Source: an uncultured Acidobacteriota bacterium
GTDB lineage: Bacteria > Acidobacteriota > Terriglobia > UBA7540
Direction: 5' to 3'
Length of the DNA stretch: 64,000 nucleotides
NCBI GenBank assembly: GCA_963804995.1
Contig: CAWDSK010000006.1
Span: forward strand, 1,472,001-1,536,000
The translations under genes were made by a program, and so were the position numbers. A model generated the notes under the pieces. That model was not told the DNA's origin, did not search any database, and saw nothing but the letters and a program-made list of their open reading frames with translations. Positions 50,488 through 60,971 of this stretch are shown one piece after another. Position 1 is the first letter of the stretch. Each line of letters begins with the position of its first letter.

Positions 50488-51669
50488 ATGATGTTCGCTA
50501 AATTTTCCTTCTTGAAAACTTGTTGTGTAGCCCAGCTTGCTCTGTGCGCAGTGGTTGGGTGTGCCATGGCGTTCGGAGCACCACAAGCGGACGTTACTGT
50601 TGCACCCGACGAAATTCCGCAGGTTCAGCAAATCAGTCCCAATCAGGCCGCTCCGGGCGCCCAGGTGATGGTGGCCATTCAGGGGAGCAAGTTCGCCGTG
50701 GGGGTGTATGTCGCATCGGTTTCGCCCGCCATTCACGTCGATTCCTCCAAGCGGATCAGCGCCACCGAGATTGTGGCCCAACTGAGCATCAGTGCGACCG
50801 CCCAACCGATGACGGCGAGCCTGCTGGTCAGCAATCCCGCCAGCCGCGCAGCAGAGGCGGCATTCATGATCGTGGCCGGAGCGGCTCCCTCCGCTCCCCC
50901 GGCGCCTCCCGCCCCGCCGGCGGAAATCAAGCCTTCACGGCCTGCCACACCCGCAACTCCTCCCGCACCGGTCGCACCCGTCGCACCTGCTCTTCCCGCG
51001 GCGCCTGCCACACCTCCCGGACCGGAAGTGACCACGATCGAACCCGCGCGCGTGGCGCCAGGCTTTGAGATTGATTTGAAGGTCACCGGCAACAACTTTG
51101 TGAAGGGCGTAAAGGTGAGCTTCGCAAATCCGGGCATCCTGGTCAAAGGGGTCACCTTCAATTCAGCTTCGCAGCTTACGGTGTTCATTAAGGTGGAGCG
51201 TGACGCGGCGCGGGGCGCTACCAGTATGTATGTAATCAACGGGGGCGATCAGGAAGTGGAGGCTCCCTTCGAGGTGACGGGCAAGGTTTCAGCGCCCGTC
51301 GCCCCGGCTGCCCCGACGACGCCTGCGACACCGCCACAACCCGGTGCCCCTCCGGCTCCGGGGGCAACTCCAGTGCAGAGTTATCCTGCTTTCCATTTGG
51401 GAAACCCCACCGAGGTCTTTGAAACTCACGGCAAGGTAAAGGGCGCGTTGGTGGTTACAGCCGATACCCTGCAGTACCAAGAGGGAGGGAAAATCCTCAT
51501 TAACATTATGTTGAAGGATATCAAAGAGATTAAGGTTTCCACCATCGCCAACGCCACCTTCCACATCACAACGAATTACGGAAAGACTTTCCATTTTGCG
51601 CCAACCTCTTTGCGCCCTGCTGACGCTCGAAACATTGCGGATGGGCTGCGCAAGGCGCTGCCGCAATAA
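50488..51669 (+). CDS. Secreted Pro/Ala-linker protein with two IPT/TIG-like domains
   Basis: Signal peptide; ISP..PG..G..F..V.NP repeated; PAP-rich linkers. Confidence 0.75.
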   Translation: MMFAKFSFLKTCCVAQLALCAVVGCAMAFGAPQADVTVAPDEIPQVQQISPNQAAPGAQVMVAIQGSKFAVGVYVASVSPAIHVDSSKRISATEIVAQLSISATAQPMTASLLVSNPASRAAEAAFMIVAGAAPSAPPAPPAPPAEIKPSRPATPATPPAPVAPVAPALPAAPATPPGPEVTTIEPARVAPGFEIDLKVTGNNFVKGVKVSFANPGILVKGVTFNSASQLTVFIKVERDAARGATSMYVINGGDQEVEAPFEVTGKVSAPVAPAAPTTPATPPQPGAPPAPGATPVQSYPAFHLGNPTEVFETHGKVKGALVVTADTLQYQEGGKILINIMLKDIKEIKVSTIANATFHITTNYGKTFHFAPTSLRPADARNIADGLRKALPQ

Positions 51670-51933
51670 GGGATGGGTTGTGGGGGCTTCAGGAAACGCC
51701 CTCGCTGAAATGTCAATGAAATTTGACTCAGGCGGTTCCCTGCTCGATCAGACCGTCATCCAGGACAACAACATGTACGGCAATGGTACGGTCGGGCACG
51801 GCACGGCGTGGAACTCCGCCGCCGATGCGTTGGTGAAATCCAATCCCAGCCGCTTCGAAATTGTGGACACCCCCAATTTCTGGAGGGGCGTGGATTACTG
51901 AACCCGGGCCGAGGGCCTAGAATTCAGGTGCCT

Positions 51934-52581
51934 ATGAAGCGGATCGCTACGATTATTTTCATTGTCGCTTGCCTGGCAATGGTGGGTTATTGGGCATGGA
52001 CCGGCCACCGGAAAGTGAACCCCGTGGAAACGCCGGCTAAGGTTGAAGCGAACCTGCCGCCACTCACTCTGGAGCAAATTGCCTCTTTAGACCAGCAGAC
52101 CTTCGAACATTCTTTGCCGCAATTGCGGCAGGCGATCAGACCACCAGGCCCCCCATCTGGTGCGGACCAGGAAACGTTGGCAGCGATAGCTGGTAAATTG
52201 CGCCAAACCGGCGAGTCAACCCCGGATTATTGGCCAACGGTTCTGCGATTTATTGAATTCGAAAGTTCCAGGATGGCGCCGAACGCACCCCCGCCGGGGC
52301 AACCACCCAGGGTTTTAAGCAACATTCTATCGAGAGGCTTGATGCGAGGCATACGAGTAAAAGGTATCACCATGCTGTTCGACGGGGGAAACCTGGGAAA
52401 TGGCGAGCTTACAAATTGCCGGGTAATCTTCACGCAGGATCCGCTCCGGCTGAGAAATACTTTTTTCAAAAACTGTGTCTTTGAGTTTCCGGTTACCGAT
52501 ACGCCCAGCCCCTTCCTAAAAAAGTTCTGCCAGTTAGTGCTATCTTCAAACCTTGGCCTGGTTTCAATTGAATCACTCTGA
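51934..52581 (+). CDS. Hypothetical membrane-anchored protein
   Basis: N-terminal TM; C-terminal F.NC.F pattern. Confidence 0.65.
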   Translation: MKRIATIIFIVACLAMVGYWAWTGHRKVNPVETPAKVEANLPPLTLEQIASLDQQTFEHSLPQLRQAIRPPGPPSGADQETLAAIAGKLRQTGESTPDYWPTVLRFIEFESSRMAPNAPPPGQPPRVLSNILSRGLMRGIRVKGITMLFDGGNLGNGELTNCRVIFTQDPLRLRNTFFKNCVFEFPVTDTPSPFLKKFCQLVLSSNLGLVSIESL

Positions 52582-52645
52582 TTGGACCTGCCCCCGAAAA
52601 CTGTCCCCGTGGGTGGAGTGAGATGAAGTTTGCCTTAGTCTGTAC

Positions 52646-52734
52646 AGTTTGATGTAGAGGCGGCGGCATTCATCCCGATCTTATCGGTACGCCGCCCTAT
52701 GGCGAGGTAATCTCGCCGCTACATCATCAAACTG
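52646..52734. repeat. REPIN/MITE-like palindrome
   Basis: CAGTTTGATGTAG..CTACATCATCAAACTG with internal hairpins. Confidence 0.65.
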
Positions 52735-52893
52735 AGGCACTTCCAACCTGGCTGGCCACTTGCGCACGGAAGTGGTCTGGTCTAAGCTATAGACAGGGCA
52801 GTAGATTAAACAAATAAATCTTGCATCAGCGGTCCGAATTCGGGAATTCGGATACCTTTTGCTACCCGCGTGAAGACCGCGAGAGGAGAAGCA

Positions 52894-53268
52894 ATGCCGA
52901 CGAGTGCACAGAGGTTTGAATCGAGGAGCTTGAATTCACCGGACGAGGTGCGGAAGTTCGACAAGGGCAAGGTGGAGCTTGTGAAAGTGGCCGGAGCCAC
53001 CATCGGTCGCGCTACGTTTGAGCCCGGCTGGAAGTGGTCTACTTGCCTTAAACTGCTCGCCCAGACGAACAGTTGCCAGGCCGCGCATTTTGGCTACCAG
53101 GTCTCGGGGACAATGACCACACGGATGGATGACGGCACCGAAAGGATTTCGAAGGCAGGGGACGTCCTCAGCATTCCCCCCGGACACGACGCCTGGGTGG
53201 TCGGAAGCGAGCCGGTAGTGGTCGTCGACTTCCAGGGCATGGTCGATTACGCCAGACAGAGTAAATAA
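52894..53268 (+). CDS. Cupin-domain protein
   Basis: PGWKWS..CQAAH.GY..SG..IPPGHDAWVVG; GAGGAG SD. Confidence 0.9.
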   Translation: MPTSAQRFESRSLNSPDEVRKFDKGKVELVKVAGATIGRATFEPGWKWSTCLKLLAQTNSCQAAHFGYQVSGTMTTRMDDGTERISKAGDVLSIPPGHDAWVVGSEPVVVVDFQGMVDYARQSK

Positions 53269-53329
53269 GCGGGTCGCGGTGGCGCTGCGCTACCTGATGT
53301 GAGGGCTAAGCACGGGGTCACCGTGACGC

Positions 53330-54109
53330 CTATTTTTCTGGCGGCTTTTCCTTTTCGTATGCGGCCAGGGCTAGTATCGCCAACCGCCGGGCATCCTCAT
53401 CATCGGGATCGAGTTTGCTCGCCTTTTGCGCAAACAGCAGGGCCTTTCCGCGCGCCGCCCAGTTCATCTTCCCCCAGTCGATCCCCAGGTAAACGAGCGC
53501 GAGACAATAGTTGACCATGAAGTTGTCGGGAATAAGTTCGACCGCCGCCAGCAAGTGTTTCTCGGCCTTGTCCCACTCTTTCGCATCTGTGTAGATTGTC
53601 CCCAGGCGTGAATGCGCTCCCACCGCTTGCTGCGAACCCAGTTGGCCCGCCAGAGCCTTCTCATAATGGGCGGCGGCCTCCGTCCAGCGGCCCTGCTCCC
53701 AGTAGCTACCGGCCAGGTTGAAGTGAGCCTCCGGCCGCTCGGGGTCTGCTTCGATGGCTTGCTGGTATTCAGTTATCGCTTCATCCTCACGGCCCATCTT
53801 GGATAGCAGATTGCCCAGGCTGAAGTGAGAGTGATAATCGCGGGGATTCAAGCGCAGGGCTTCATGGTATTCACCGAGCGCTTCCTCGTGCTCTCCTTTC
53901 ATCGCCAGAGCAATCGCCAGGTTGCAGTGGAACATCTCATCCGAAGGTTTCAACCGGATGGCTTCATGATACTCAGCAATAGCCGCATCGAGCTTGCCCT
54001 GCTCCCGATAGGCGTTTCCCAGATTGTTGTGATAGTCCGGCTCGCCTGGCTTGCCATATTTTCTCGCCAGATCTTCAAATACGCTCCCGGCAGATTCCTC
54101 TTGCGGCAT
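53330..54109 (-). CDS. Tetratricopeptide-repeat protein
   Basis: Repeated H.NLG..Y..AI.L.P units. Confidence 0.9.
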   Translation of the reverse strand: MPQEESAGSVFEDLARKYGKPGEPDYHNNLGNAYREQGKLDAAIAEYHEAIRLKPSDEMFHCNLAIALAMKGEHEEALGEYHEALRLNPRDYHSHFSLGNLLSKMGREDEAITEYQQAIEADPERPEAHFNLAGSYWEQGRWTEAAAHYEKALAGQLGSQQAVGAHSRLGTIYTDAKEWDKAEKHLLAAVELIPDNFMVNYCLALVYLGIDWGKMNWAARGKALLFAQKASKLDPDDEDARRLAILALAAYEKEKPPEK

Positions 54110-54201
54110 TTCTTCCTACCTCCCTCATGGAATGGCGCTACCGGCTCAAACGGGAGTTGGACGCGGTTGGCGCCCCGATGCATCGGGGCGCCGCCCCTGC
54201 C

Positions 54202-54504
54202 TTATAGCAACTGCACGCTGAGCCCGGGTATTTTTGGGAAGCTGCGTTCGTCGCGGGTGGCCACGGTGGATTGCTTCGCCGTCAGGCGCTCCACGAGGGC
54301 CAGATACTCCTTATCCGGCTGGGGGAGTGAACGGAGCAGGTCAGCCAGCTCTCTGCCACTGAACTTCGCCAGCCGGGCCGGTAGAATTTCGCAGATGGGC
54401 TTTCCTCCGCGTTCCACCACAAAACTCTCGCCCCGGTAGTGGACCCTGTTCATCAACTCGGAAAATCTGCGAGCGGTTTCCGTCGCGGGAATACGTATTT
54501 TCAT
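54202..54504 (-). CDS. Phd/YefM antitoxin fused to a VapC C-terminal remnant
   Basis: ATE.AR.FSEL.NRV.YRGE.F..ERGG, then VATRDERSFPKIPGL. Confidence 0.8.
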   Translation of the reverse strand: MKIRIPATETARRFSELMNRVHYRGESFVVERGGKPICEILPARLAKFSGRELADLLRSLPQPDKEYLALVERLTAKQSTVATRDERSFPKIPGLSVQLL

Positions 54505-54822
54505 AAAATCTGATTTACATATTTCCCCCGAGGCTGTCAAGTCCCCGGGGTGGGCAAGGGACGCGCAATTTCCTTTTCCGGGTTCCTACCCATCGCCGAA
54601 AATGAGGCGCGCCCGGTGCTTCCTGGACGCCTGCGCCCGCCAGCCGTCTCAGCGATACTTGCGGGTTTGGAGTAGTGCTTTGACCTCATCGTGATTTCCG
54701 AGGAAGGAGACGAACAAGTCCAAGGGCCGGAGAGCCTTTATACAGTCTCTAGAGAGCCTCGTTAATTCCCTCCCACCCCCAGGGCAGTCCCGCCGGCAAT
54801 ATTTCTGTCACCGCGACCGGGA

Positions 54823-55248
54823 TCAGTGGGTTTGCCTCTTGCCCACCCAGAGGAGGTCGATGGGCTCGTGTTTTGAGAGTTGCCACAGCTCGGGGTCGCC
54901 CGTCACCAGGATGGCGTTCTGTTCCCGGGCTGTTTCCACAGCAAAGGCGTCCGCGTAAGAAATGGGGTAACGGCTCTTCAAACGCGCCGCCCCCAGAATC
55001 AATCTTCGGTCGGGGAGGAGCGCTTGAATCGGCATCATGGCGAGGTCGGCAAGGAAACGCTCCGCGGGTGCGGCGCCGTGGCGCTTCGCGATCAGGTAGA
55101 AGACTTCGCCGACGTTGATCAGCGAGATGCTGACCCTGGATTCGCCGCGCGCCGCCTGCTCCAGAAGATCGCGCACTTTGGCGCGGGCCGGCTCTTCGCC
55201 CTGGAGCCAACCCATCAGCGCCCAGGAATCAAGAACGCTTGCGGTCAC
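54823..55248 (-). CDS. vapC: VapC PIN toxin
   Basis: VLDSWAL, INVGEV, ISYADAF, LVTGDPE. Confidence 0.92.
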   Translation of the reverse strand: MTASVLDSWALMGWLQGEEPARAKVRDLLEQAARGESRVSISLINVGEVFYLIAKRHGAAPAERFLADLAMMPIQALLPDRRLILGAARLKSRYPISYADAFAVETAREQNAILVTGDPELWQLSKHEPIDLLWVGKRQTH

Positions 55249-55471
55249 GCGTCAACTCCTTTCGCCGGTTTCGTGCCAGATCCCCCAGGAGATCGGAACC
55301 TCTAAAGCGCCCCTCCCACGCCCGCCAGTCCCCCGTTTCCACTTTCCGCAAGATCACCTCATCGCCTTCAACTCTCACCGTCAGGGAAGCGCCCTCATCC
55401 AGACCCAATTGCTTTCGGACCTGTTTGGGAAGAGCGAGTTGTCCTCTCGAGGATAAACGGGCTTTCAGCAT
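55229..55471 (-). CDS. AbrB/MazE/SpoVT antitoxin
   Basis: LSSRGQLALPK.VR..LGL..G; GGAGG SD. Confidence 0.9.
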   Translation of the reverse strand: MLKARLSSRGQLALPKQVRKQLGLDEGASLTVRVEGDEVILRKVETGDWRAWEGRFRGSDLLGDLARNRRKELTRDRKRS

Positions 55472-55569
55472 GGCCTCTGCCTCCTGTCTTATTTTATTGT
55501 AAGACGGAAAATAATTCAAGATCTCTACGGAGTGTAGCGTGGGTACCTCATCAGAGGAGCGCAGCGCGA

Positions 55570-55824
55570 CGGGGCCGCAACCAAACTAGAAAAGGTGCTG
55601 CTAGTTCCATAGTTTGGTGCAGGTCCGCTCATTGGGAGGTGAAGTAACCCCTCACCCGTCCCGCCTCCCGATAGAATGCATCGGGACGGCGGTCCACCCC
55701 TCGGAGAGGGCGGTTTGACTTCCAACCTTCTCCCAGGGGAGAAGGTGCTGAGGTACGAAGCGGATGAGGGGTTCCTTGGATCGAAGTCGCGACTTTCAAT
55801 GCGCCCCCCAAAATGTTTGCCAAG
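55570..55824. repeat. Dispersed ~255-bp composite REP element, copy 2
   Basis: Aligns by eye with 12757-13015. Confidence 0.85.
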
Positions 55825-55902
55825 ACAACAAGAATCTACGACCTTGCAATGCAGAGTACGCGTAACCCTGGGATGCCCGAGACGGCCACACCCCAAGGCG
55901 AA

Positions 55903-56721
55903 TCACCATAGGTGATAATAGCCGTCGCGGCGCGCCACTTGTACGGGAAGACCAAACAGTTCGGTAAGGCGCTCCGTGGTCAAATGCTCGCTTTTGGGGC
56001 CATCGGCAAAAACGCGACCCTGGCGCAGCAGAATCACGCGATCAATTTCCGGAAGGATGTCCGGAAGATGATGCGTCACCATCACGATTCCCGTCCCGGC
56101 CTGCGCCAGTTTTCGCAAAATGTCCCGGAGTTCCAGGGCCGCGCGAAAATCCAGGCTATTGCTGGGCTCATCCAGCAACAGCGCCAGCGGATCATGCACC
56201 AAGGCGCGGCCGATGAGCAGTCGATGCGCCTCGCCCGACGACATCCCGGTCATCTCACGCTCGGCAAGATGCTGAGCCTCCAAAAGCTCCAGCACCTGCT
56301 GGGTTTTATCCAGCATCGCCGCGGTGACTTCGTGATAAGGCTGAGTCCCGATGCTGCCGAAGAACCCCGAGAGCACTATCTCCCGCCCGGTGATCTCTCG
56401 CGTGCAGCGCCACATTAATTCGTTCGAAACCACTCCCAACAAGGGGCGCAACTCGAAGATGTCCCAGGTATCGCGTCCCAGGATGGTCAGTGACGATTCG
56501 GGCTCTGCCAGCGGGTAGCACTCGCGCGTAATGGTCTTGATCAGCGTCGATTTTCCGCATCCGTTCGGTCCCAGGATCGCGACATGCTCCCCCGCCCCGA
56601 TCGTGAGGGTAATGTCGTCAAGCACGCGTTGGCCACCCAGCATGACGGAGACGTGATGAAAAGCGAGCAGCGCGGGAACTGGGGTGGGAATCACAGGTTT
56701 TGTACTCGGTGTCAGGACCAT
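55903..56721 (-). CDS. ABC transporter ATP-binding protein (ModF/YlmA-like)
   Basis: GPNGCGKST, SSGE, LLLDEP, VTHH; start uncertain. Confidence 0.9.
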   Translation of the reverse strand: MVLTPSTKPVIPTPVPALLAFHHVSVMLGGQRVLDDITLTIGAGEHVAILGPNGCGKSTLIKTITRECYPLAEPESSLTILGRDTWDIFELRPLLGVVSNELMWRCTREITGREIVLSGFFGSIGTQPYHEVTAAMLDKTQQVLELLEAQHLAEREMTGMSSGEAHRLLIGRALVHDPLALLLDEPSNSLDFRAALELRDILRKLAQAGTGIVMVTHHLPDILPEIDRVILLRQGRVFADGPKSEHLTTERLTELFGLPVQVARRDGYYHLW

Positions 56722-56914
56722 CCGAAAGTATACACGACGCGAAGCGCGAGACGGAAGCGCGTAGCGCGGGTGGTGCACCTACTGCCTTTTCGGTTTGCGA
56801 CCCACTAACCCGGGAAATATTTCTGTCACCGCGTCCTGTCTGTAACCTTTTGTTGGCTTTTTAATCGTCGCCGACATGATATGTCCACCGCGGCGGGTCG
56901 GCGCCAGGCTGTGG

Positions 56915-57262
56915 TCAGATGTACCGTATTTGGTTCTCGATCTCGTCCGCGGTCAGGGAGTCGAGGAGAATCAGAATGCGTTGAGATAATTCCTTGGGGG
57001 GCCGCCGAACCGCGATGATGATTCCGGCGTGAGGCTTCTTCTCCTCAAAGTATCTTTGCGCCAGAGCTTCGAAGTGCACCCGATTGTGCGTCAGAATCGC
57101 TTTCCCTTGGCTCGTGGCAAAAGCCAACTGATTTGCATCAGTTGTCCCTTTTTGTCCAGCCGCTTGCGTGGTCGTCACCTGAAAGCCCCGGGCGCGTAGC
57201 AAGTCCGCAATCAACACGTTCACGTCTTCGTCAAGGTACAAGTCGATGAAGAGCCGACTCAA
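56915..57262 (-). CDS. DUF5615 PIN-like toxin
   Basis: LYLDEDV, D..QL..A, ILTHN..F, HAGIII. Confidence 0.88.
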   Translation of the reverse strand: MSRLFIDLYLDEDVNVLIADLLRARGFQVTTTQAAGQKGTTDANQLAFATSQGKAILTHNRVHFEALAQRYFEEKKPHAGIIIAVRRPPKELSQRILILLDSLTADEIENQIRYI

Positions 57263-57540
57263 AGATTGGGCACCAGCGGATCAATTTGGTGGGGCGGAAT
57301 CCGGTTCCGTTCGATGTGGGCGTTGATTTCTTCCTTATGGTCGCTATAGTAACAGAGGGCATCGAAAACCTGTGCCAGAGTCAGATGGGGCAAGGCGCTG
57401 GGGATCTCTTCTGCGGCCACGCCCAACCGCCAAGTTTCGACAATCGCCCGGACCGGCGTGCGAGTGCCAAGGATGATCGGCTCGCCGCCCAGGATCTGAG
57501 GGTCATTAACGATGTATCGGTGCCCCGTTGCAGTCGTCAT
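57259..57540 (-). CDS. DUF433 antitoxin
   Basis: I..DP.ILGGEP.I.GTR.PV..PHLT.AQV.DAL.YY. Confidence 0.92.
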   Translation of the reverse strand: MTTATGHRYIVNDPQILGGEPIILGTRTPVRAIVETWRLGVAAEEIPSALPHLTLAQVFDALCYYSDHKEEINAHIERNRIPPHQIDPLVPNL

Positions 57541-57745
57541 TTTGTGCCTCGACAAATTATAACCTACCTGCGTATTGAGGAGAAATTGCTTTTCATTGTT
57601 CAGAATGGCACACAAAAGTCACAAGTCCCGAAGAGAACGCAGCGCGGACGTGTGCTGCCGCCTCATGCCGGGTAGCATGGAGTTTGTGTATCTTCAGAAG
57701 TAGCTGGGGAAGTAAGTCCTCGGAGTTTCGGTGTAGAATCCCCGC

Positions 57746-59509
57746 ATGGATTCCCCGCCGGCGGTGTGGAGTCGGATCAGAAATGGGATTTGGGAGACGG
57801 GGCTGCTCCTGGTCCTGCCTCTGGCATTCCATCGGGGATTTGCCGAGCAGTTTTCCACTCCTAAATTCTTCCTCGCGAAGTGCCTGCTCATTACCGGCCT
57901 GGCGGTTTGGGCCATCGGGTTGATTTGGCGGCCACGGACCCGGCCCAGAAGATTCCCTCTCGGATTGCCGCTGCTGGCCTTCAGTGTTGCGGCGCTGGTT
58001 TCTTGCCTGAACAGCCCCTCACCCCGTTTCAGTATTCTCGAAGTTGAATTTGCGCTTTGCGGTCCTGCCTGGGTTCTGCTGCTGGTTTCCTGGGAGAGGG
58101 GCGAATCAGCCGTGCGCAGAATTGCCATCCTGACCGCATCGGCCGGGGCACTGGTGGCGGCGATTACGTTGCTGCAACGATGGGGATACGACCCCGTGCT
58201 CCTCGGCGGCTATCAGGTCGAGTGGGGCACGATGGTCGCGCGCATGCGTCTGTACTCAACCTTCGGGAATCCCAACTTTGTGGGCGGCTACCTGATTGGA
58301 GCCGTCTTCCCCGCCCTGGCTCTGGGCACAGTCGCGAGAGCGCGTCGGGCTAAAGTCATTTGGTTCGGCCTCGCCTTGGTCATGGGGATTGCCGTACTCC
58401 TCACGGGATCGCGCGGCGCGTGGCTCGGGCTGGTCGCGGGCTTGTTGGTCGCGTCGCTGCTGCTGATTGCAAGGAGCGGATTATCGCGATTGCGGCCGCC
58501 CGTCAAACAGGCGTCCACGGGAATGTGTCTTTGGCCCTGGCCGACTGCGCTGCTGGCTCTCACCCTGGTGGAGCGCTTGGCGGCGCAGCTCCACGGCAGG
58601 GTCTACCTGTGGCGCTTCAGTTGGCCTCTGTTTTGGGAACACCCGATTCTGGGTTCGGGTTGGGGCGCTTACCAACTTCTCTATCTGGACCTTCAGGCAA
58701 AGTTTCTGGCTGCGCACCCTGAAGACGTTGGCTTTTGGACGAACAATCGGCTACTCCACAACGACCCGCTGCAATTGCTGCTGGAGGCGGGATTGGCCGG
58801 TTTCGCGGCGTTCCTCTGGATTCTTTGGAATTACGCGCGGGAGGCAAAACGCTTGCTGGTGCAATCCGATGAGCCTTGGACACGATACGCGATGGCCGCG
58901 AGTGCGGGTGGGGTGACGGCCATCCTGATGGACTCGCTCTTTAACTACCAGTTCGCGGTTCCACCCACCTTCATTCTGTTGTTCACGCTGCTGGCGTTTC
59001 CCGCTTTGCTTCGAGAGGTCAGCATGGGAAGCGCAGACCCGCCTGCAACGACCCTGGTTCTCAACCTTGGGTCTTGGCCATCGATAGTGAAGGCGGTGGT
59101 CTCGATGCTGATTTTGGCGGCGGCGGTGGGGCTCCTACAACATGAGACTCGCTGGCTGCTTTCGGAACGCGAATACGAGACGGCCACAGTCCTTGAAGAT
59201 CGAAATGATTTGAGGAGTGCGGAAGAAGCCTATCGACACAGTATCGCGCTTAACGTATTAAACGGGCGGGCGCACTTTGGCTTGAGTAGAGTGCTTTACC
59301 AGACCAATCATTTTCCGGAAGCGCTGCGCGAAGTCGTGCTGGGCGAGCAGACTTATGCCGACTTACATCAGGAGGTGCTGCGCGCTCGAATCCTGGACCA
59401 GATGAATAACCGCGTGGAGGCGCTCGCTGCTTACCGCCACGCCCTGTGGCTTGACCCTACCTTGACAACCCCCCAAGAGGGTATCCAAAGGCTTAGTAAG
59501 GAGCAATAA
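57746..59509 (+). CDS. O-antigen ligase family protein with C-terminal TPRs
   Basis: STFGNPN, TGSRGAW, HPILGSG.G, HND.LQ...E.G, TPR tail. Confidence 0.88.
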   Translation: MDSPPAVWSRIRNGIWETGLLLVLPLAFHRGFAEQFSTPKFFLAKCLLITGLAVWAIGLIWRPRTRPRRFPLGLPLLAFSVAALVSCLNSPSPRFSILEVEFALCGPAWVLLLVSWERGESAVRRIAILTASAGALVAAITLLQRWGYDPVLLGGYQVEWGTMVARMRLYSTFGNPNFVGGYLIGAVFPALALGTVARARRAKVIWFGLALVMGIAVLLTGSRGAWLGLVAGLLVASLLLIARSGLSRLRPPVKQASTGMCLWPWPTALLALTLVERLAAQLHGRVYLWRFSWPLFWEHPILGSGWGAYQLLYLDLQAKFLAAHPEDVGFWTNNRLLHNDPLQLLLEAGLAGFAAFLWILWNYAREAKRLLVQSDEPWTRYAMAASAGGVTAILMDSLFNYQFAVPPTFILLFTLLAFPALLREVSMGSADPPATTLVLNLGSWPSIVKAVVSMLILAAAVGLLQHETRWLLSEREYETATVLEDRNDLRSAEEAYRHSIALNVLNGRAHFGLSRVLYQTNHFPEALREVVLGEQTYADLHQEVLRARILDQMNNRVEALAAYRHALWLDPTLTTPQEGIQRLSKEQ

Positions 59510-59689
59510 GGTGCCCTGGAGGGGGGTTCCGCGCATGGACATTATGTCCGCGAGGGACAAGATATCCTGTCCCAGAAGTGCGCCTCCGCGGGGCATAGCG
59601 CGCGTTGTCCCACCACAAATCTGGGGTTCAGGTGAACATTGCGTCCCACCGCATTTCGCGAAACCACGGCCCCCAATTTTCAGAAGGCA

Positions 59690-60581
59690 TCACTTCTGAG
59701 CACTCAAAATCTTCCACATCGTACCAAAGAAGATATTGTCCTGCGAGGCCTTGGGCACGCCGCAGGCATCCAGCATTTTGTGGTAGCGCTCGAGTTCCCG
59801 ATCGAACTCCTCGAGCTCGCCATTGAAGACGTCGGAGCCGAAGACCAATCGCTCAAAAGCATTCGCGCCACCGGCTGGAGTGTGAGGACTCACCACGCCC
59901 GACCACCAGAAGATTGTCTTCCAGAAAGTAGGATCATCCTGTTTCTTGATCAGCGAGGAACCGGAGAGGTCGAAGTAGAGATTGAAATTCCAGCGCGAGA
60001 TCTTCCGCCGCCCAGGCGTAGTCGGGATTCCCCAAATGCGCGCCGATAATGGTCAGCTTCGGAAAGCGCCGGGCGATACCGTCGAGCGTTGTGGGTCGAA
60101 TGCGGTCCACGCTGATGTCCGAGGGGATTTCGGGAGTGGGCCGGGCCAGGATTCCGGTATGAAAGAGAAGGATCATCCCGTATTTTTCCGCGCGCTCGTA
60201 AATGGGCCAGTAACTGCGGTCGTCATAATTTTTAAGCGTGCCGGATAGCTCGCCCAAGCCCCGGAAGCCCGCCTCGTGAAAGACATCCACCAGTTGCACG
60301 GCGAGGGGATCATCAAGCTGGATCTCTCCCATTCCCACCAGCCGTTTGGGATGCTTGGCGATGAAAGATTTGGTCATCTCGAGGTCTCTGGGCTGCGTCA
60401 AGAGAAGCGCCATCCCATCCACGGAATCGAGTTTGGCGACGACTTTTTCGAGGAATGCGGGATCACCATTATTATGGAAATGGGCGTCAATCAGACGAGG
60501 CGGACTACTCTGCGCCAGCAACGATCCAAGGCTGGCCAGGAAGATCGTCAGAACAAACGAAAGGCGACAACGTAGATTCAT
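59690..60581 (-). CDS. Secreted amidohydrolase_2 family protein, +1 frameshift near 60003
   Basis: IDAHFH, FHTG, AHLG; continues ISRWNFNLYFDLSGS..VFGSD in the next frame. Confidence 0.85.
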
Positions 60582-60971
60582 AGGGCACCTATTTCAAAGT
60601 TGTATTTGTGTTCACGTCCATTACCCGGCGCGAAGCCACCTATTGTGGTCACGACACGTAGCGATTGCAAGCTCGAAGTGACGGAAGATTTTCCACGCCG
60701 CCCCCCTGACCTCGTCAACCCCGAAGTGTTGAGCCAGGGCGAGTAGGCAGTAACGACTCCCGGGTAGCATCGGCGCGCTGGTTGGAACATTGGGGCAGTT
60801 TGATTTGCGGGGTCTTCTTCGGGCCGGGGAGGGGCGCCGGGATCCGCTGCCCGGACTTGGGGTAGTTGGCTCCCGACTGGCATTCTCTTCATTCCAATTG
60901 CCAGCCACCGTCTTCCGAATTCTCCTTCGTCGCGAAGCGGCTGTTCTGGGCTTTTCGGCCCTTACCAACTG

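Noticed and set aside
51670..51901. Protein-like fragment ending NFWRGVDY
   Set aside because: No credible start or recognisable family; at most a gene remnant
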